Of a DNA stretch of 26,942 nt, positions 25,723 to 26,942 are shown piece by piece. The position numbers and the translations under genes were made by a program. The notes below the pieces were generated by a model. That model saw only the letters and a list, made by a program, of their open reading frames with translations. It did not search any database and was not told the DNA's origin. This DNA comes from a virus (taxonomy: Duplodnaviria > Heunggongvirae > Uroviricota > Caudoviricetes): IMG/VR virus record IMGVR_UViG_3300030616_000569; one strand, given 5' to 3'. How positions within the stretch are numbered: the stretch's first letter is position 1; each line of letters starts with the position of its first letter.

Positions 25723-26227
25723 AGGCTGGCACCGTGAACCTTACCGTCACAGCCTCGCATCACGTGGTTTCAGAACTAATACTGAAACACGTACATATTA
25801 TCCAGAAAGAGCATCGCATGAAGCATATTCAAATGTAAATAAAGAAACGATTGATTCGTATGCATATGAATCTGTGAAGTTGTTGAATGACCTTGGATTA
25901 AGAACATGGTCATCTTGTTCTTCACATCCAGACAGTGGGTATTATGAAGCAATGATATCTTATACTCACAAAGATGGTTATGAATATATTGAAGAAGCAA
26001 TGAAAAGAGCGGGATGGTCAGTGCAAAAACCAATTAGACTTATGTCAGTGTATGATAAAGATTCTTTAGAAAATGGAACATTCATTATGCCAGATAATGT
26101 GTACATAAATACTAATTATGCTAGAGGATGGGAGAATCAATGGCGTTTTTCTGCTGATATAAGAACAAATACTGAAATGCATGAGTTATGGGATAATACT
26201 GAACGTGAGTTATTAGGATTAATGTGA
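25715..26227 (+). CDS. Tagged protein 8, TYW3/Taw3-like motif cargo
   Basis: Tag GWHREPYRHSLASRGF at 25724-25771; ID...SVKLLNDLGLRTWSSCSSH matches the D...v..lN..G..T.SSC motif. Confidence 0.7.
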   Translation: MTKGWHREPYRHSLASRGFRTNTETRTYYPERASHEAYSNVNKETIDSYAYESVKLLNDLGLRTWSSCSSHPDSGYYEAMISYTHKDGYEYIEEAMKRAGWSVQKPIRLMSVYDKDSLENGTFIMPDNVYINTNYARGWENQWRFSADIRTNTEMHELWDNTERELLGLM

Positions 26228-26231
26228 TAAC

Positions 26232-26579
26232 ATGTCTAATGGTTGGTTTAGAGAAAGTAAAAGACACAGTCTTGCACGTCGAGGTATTACTTCAAGGAAA
26301 ACACCGATAAAAACTCCACTTCATGGTGGTATTGCTGAGTATAGAAAACCAGCTGATTTTAATCCCAGTGATCTTGATAAAGGCATTGATATTGAAATGG
26401 AACACACTGATGATCCAGAGATTGCTGCTCGAATAGCAATGGACCATCTTGAAGAGTATCCAGAATACTACAAATATCTTCCAAAGATGGAACGGAAACT
26501 TGAGAAAAGGGAGTTAAGACAGGCGAAACGAATACAAAAGAAGCGTGACAAGAAGAAGAAAAAGAAACAAAGAAGATGA
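26232..26579 (+). CDS. Tagged protein 9, DUF5661-like cargo
   Basis: Tag GWFRESKRHSLARRGI at 26241-26288; GIDIEMEHTDDPEIAARIAMDHLEEYPEYY signature; poly-Lys tail. Confidence 0.8.
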   Translation: MSNGWFRESKRHSLARRGITSRKTPIKTPLHGGIAEYRKPADFNPSDLDKGIDIEMEHTDDPEIAARIAMDHLEEYPEYYKYLPKMERKLEKRELRQAKRIQKKRDKKKKKKQRR

Positions 26580-26583
26580 TAAA

Positions 26584-26942
26584 ATAACAAATGACAACCG
26601 TGGTTGGCACAATGAGTCAAAACGTCATGCTCTGGCCTCTAAAGGAATTAAGACCAAACGTGACATAACGAATACAGAATATAAAAAACTCTATCCGAAA
26701 TCTCACTGGGAACTAGATTCTGATCATGATGGTGTCAAAAACAAAGACGATTGCTATCCATTCGACAAAGATCGCCAACATACTGGTTTAAAAAAAGAGC
26801 AGAATTTTCAGGAGCTTGATGGTATTGTTTTCTATGATATATCTGACAATCATTTTATTCAGTTGCGTAATGTTGATGATAAGTATGCATATTTTGGACC
26901 TGGGTCAGAATTCTATAATGATGCAAAACATCCACCATATGA
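26584..26942 (+). CDS. Tagged protein 10 (runs off the window end; start appears to be ATA)
   Basis: Hand-translated open frame (I/M)TNDNRGWHNESKRHALASKGIKT..., tag at 26602-26649, TSP3-like DSDHDGVKNKDDCYPFD; no in-frame ATG upstream. Confidence 0.65.
   Translation, partial: MTNDNRGWHNESKRHALASKGIKTKRDITNTEYKKLYPKSHWELDSDHDGVKNKDDCYPFDKDRQHTGLKKEQNFQELDGIVFYDISDNHFIQLRNVDDKYAYFGPGSEFYNDAKHPPY

Larger units (their letters stand above)
1..26942 (+). mobile_element. Segment of a probable archaeal virus or virus-like element (replication module end plus structural/envelope module); no boundaries visible
   Basis: Unidirectional, tightly coupled short genes; GGTGA SD motifs; clamp-loader and DUF3987-like replication genes; many small membrane proteins; no housekeeping genes; no att sites, integrase or terminal repeats in the window. 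Confidence 0.75.

Noticed and set aside
1002-26610. All minus-strand ORFs in the track (e.g. 1002-1421, 3525-3914, 15769-16134, 15942-16349, 17409-17750)
   Set aside because: They lie antisense to well-supported + strand genes, show no recognisable motifs, and are expected shadows in AT-rich coding DNA.
9765-26649. Tag copies as a DNA repeat, CRISPR-like array or DGR template/variable repeat
   Set aside because: Nucleotide sequences differ at synonymous positions, spacing is irregular, all copies are in-frame coding, and no cas or reverse transcriptase gene is present.
26591-26668. Short ORF from ATG 26591 (MTTVVGTMSQ...)
   Set aside because: Out of frame with the conserved tag, only 25 codons, no features.
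1-26942. Chromosomal segment of a small-genome archaeon, or a conjugative element
   Set aside because: No housekeeping genes beyond an atypical RFC subunit, and no VirB4/VirD4 ATPase or relaxase in the window. Disfavoured but not excluded without flanking sequence.

Overview
AT-rich (roughly one third GC by eye), gene-dense window. Essentially all credible genes are on the + strand, coupled by ATGA/TAATG overlaps and archaeal GGTGA Shine-Dalgarno motifs. There are no housekeeping, rRNA, tRNA or CRISPR features and no recognisable HK97 capsid, portal, terminase or tail gene. The best reading is part of an archaeal virus or virus-like mobile element with a membrane-containing particle; PGFE-type sorting tails point to a euryarchaeal or Thermoplasmatota-type host (inference). 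Bases 1-2992 are the end of a replication-type module (RFC large subunit-like ATPase, DUF3987-like helicase-type protein, Zn microproteins). Bases 2993-3230 are a palindromic intergenic switch region. Bases 3231-26942 are a long structural-type module with about 26 membrane, secreted or lipid-anchored proteins (adhesin-like Ig/PKD/cohesin proteins, two PGF-CTERM proteins, two lipoproteins, a Zn-dependent phospholipase C-like enzyme, a CPBP/Abi protease). The standout feature is that 10 of the 14 soluble proteins after base 3622 share a 16-residue N-proximal tag, GW-x-x-[ED]-[SP]-x-R-H-x-L-[AS]-x-x-G-[IF], fused to unrelated cargo domains (HNH, TYW3-like, DUF5661 and unknowns). The other four are small or highly basic, including an unannotated 51-aa homolog of crenarchaeal chromatin protein CC1. 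I infer a peptide-tag-based virion cargo-loading system. All domain calls are by-eye motif recognition; no searches were run.
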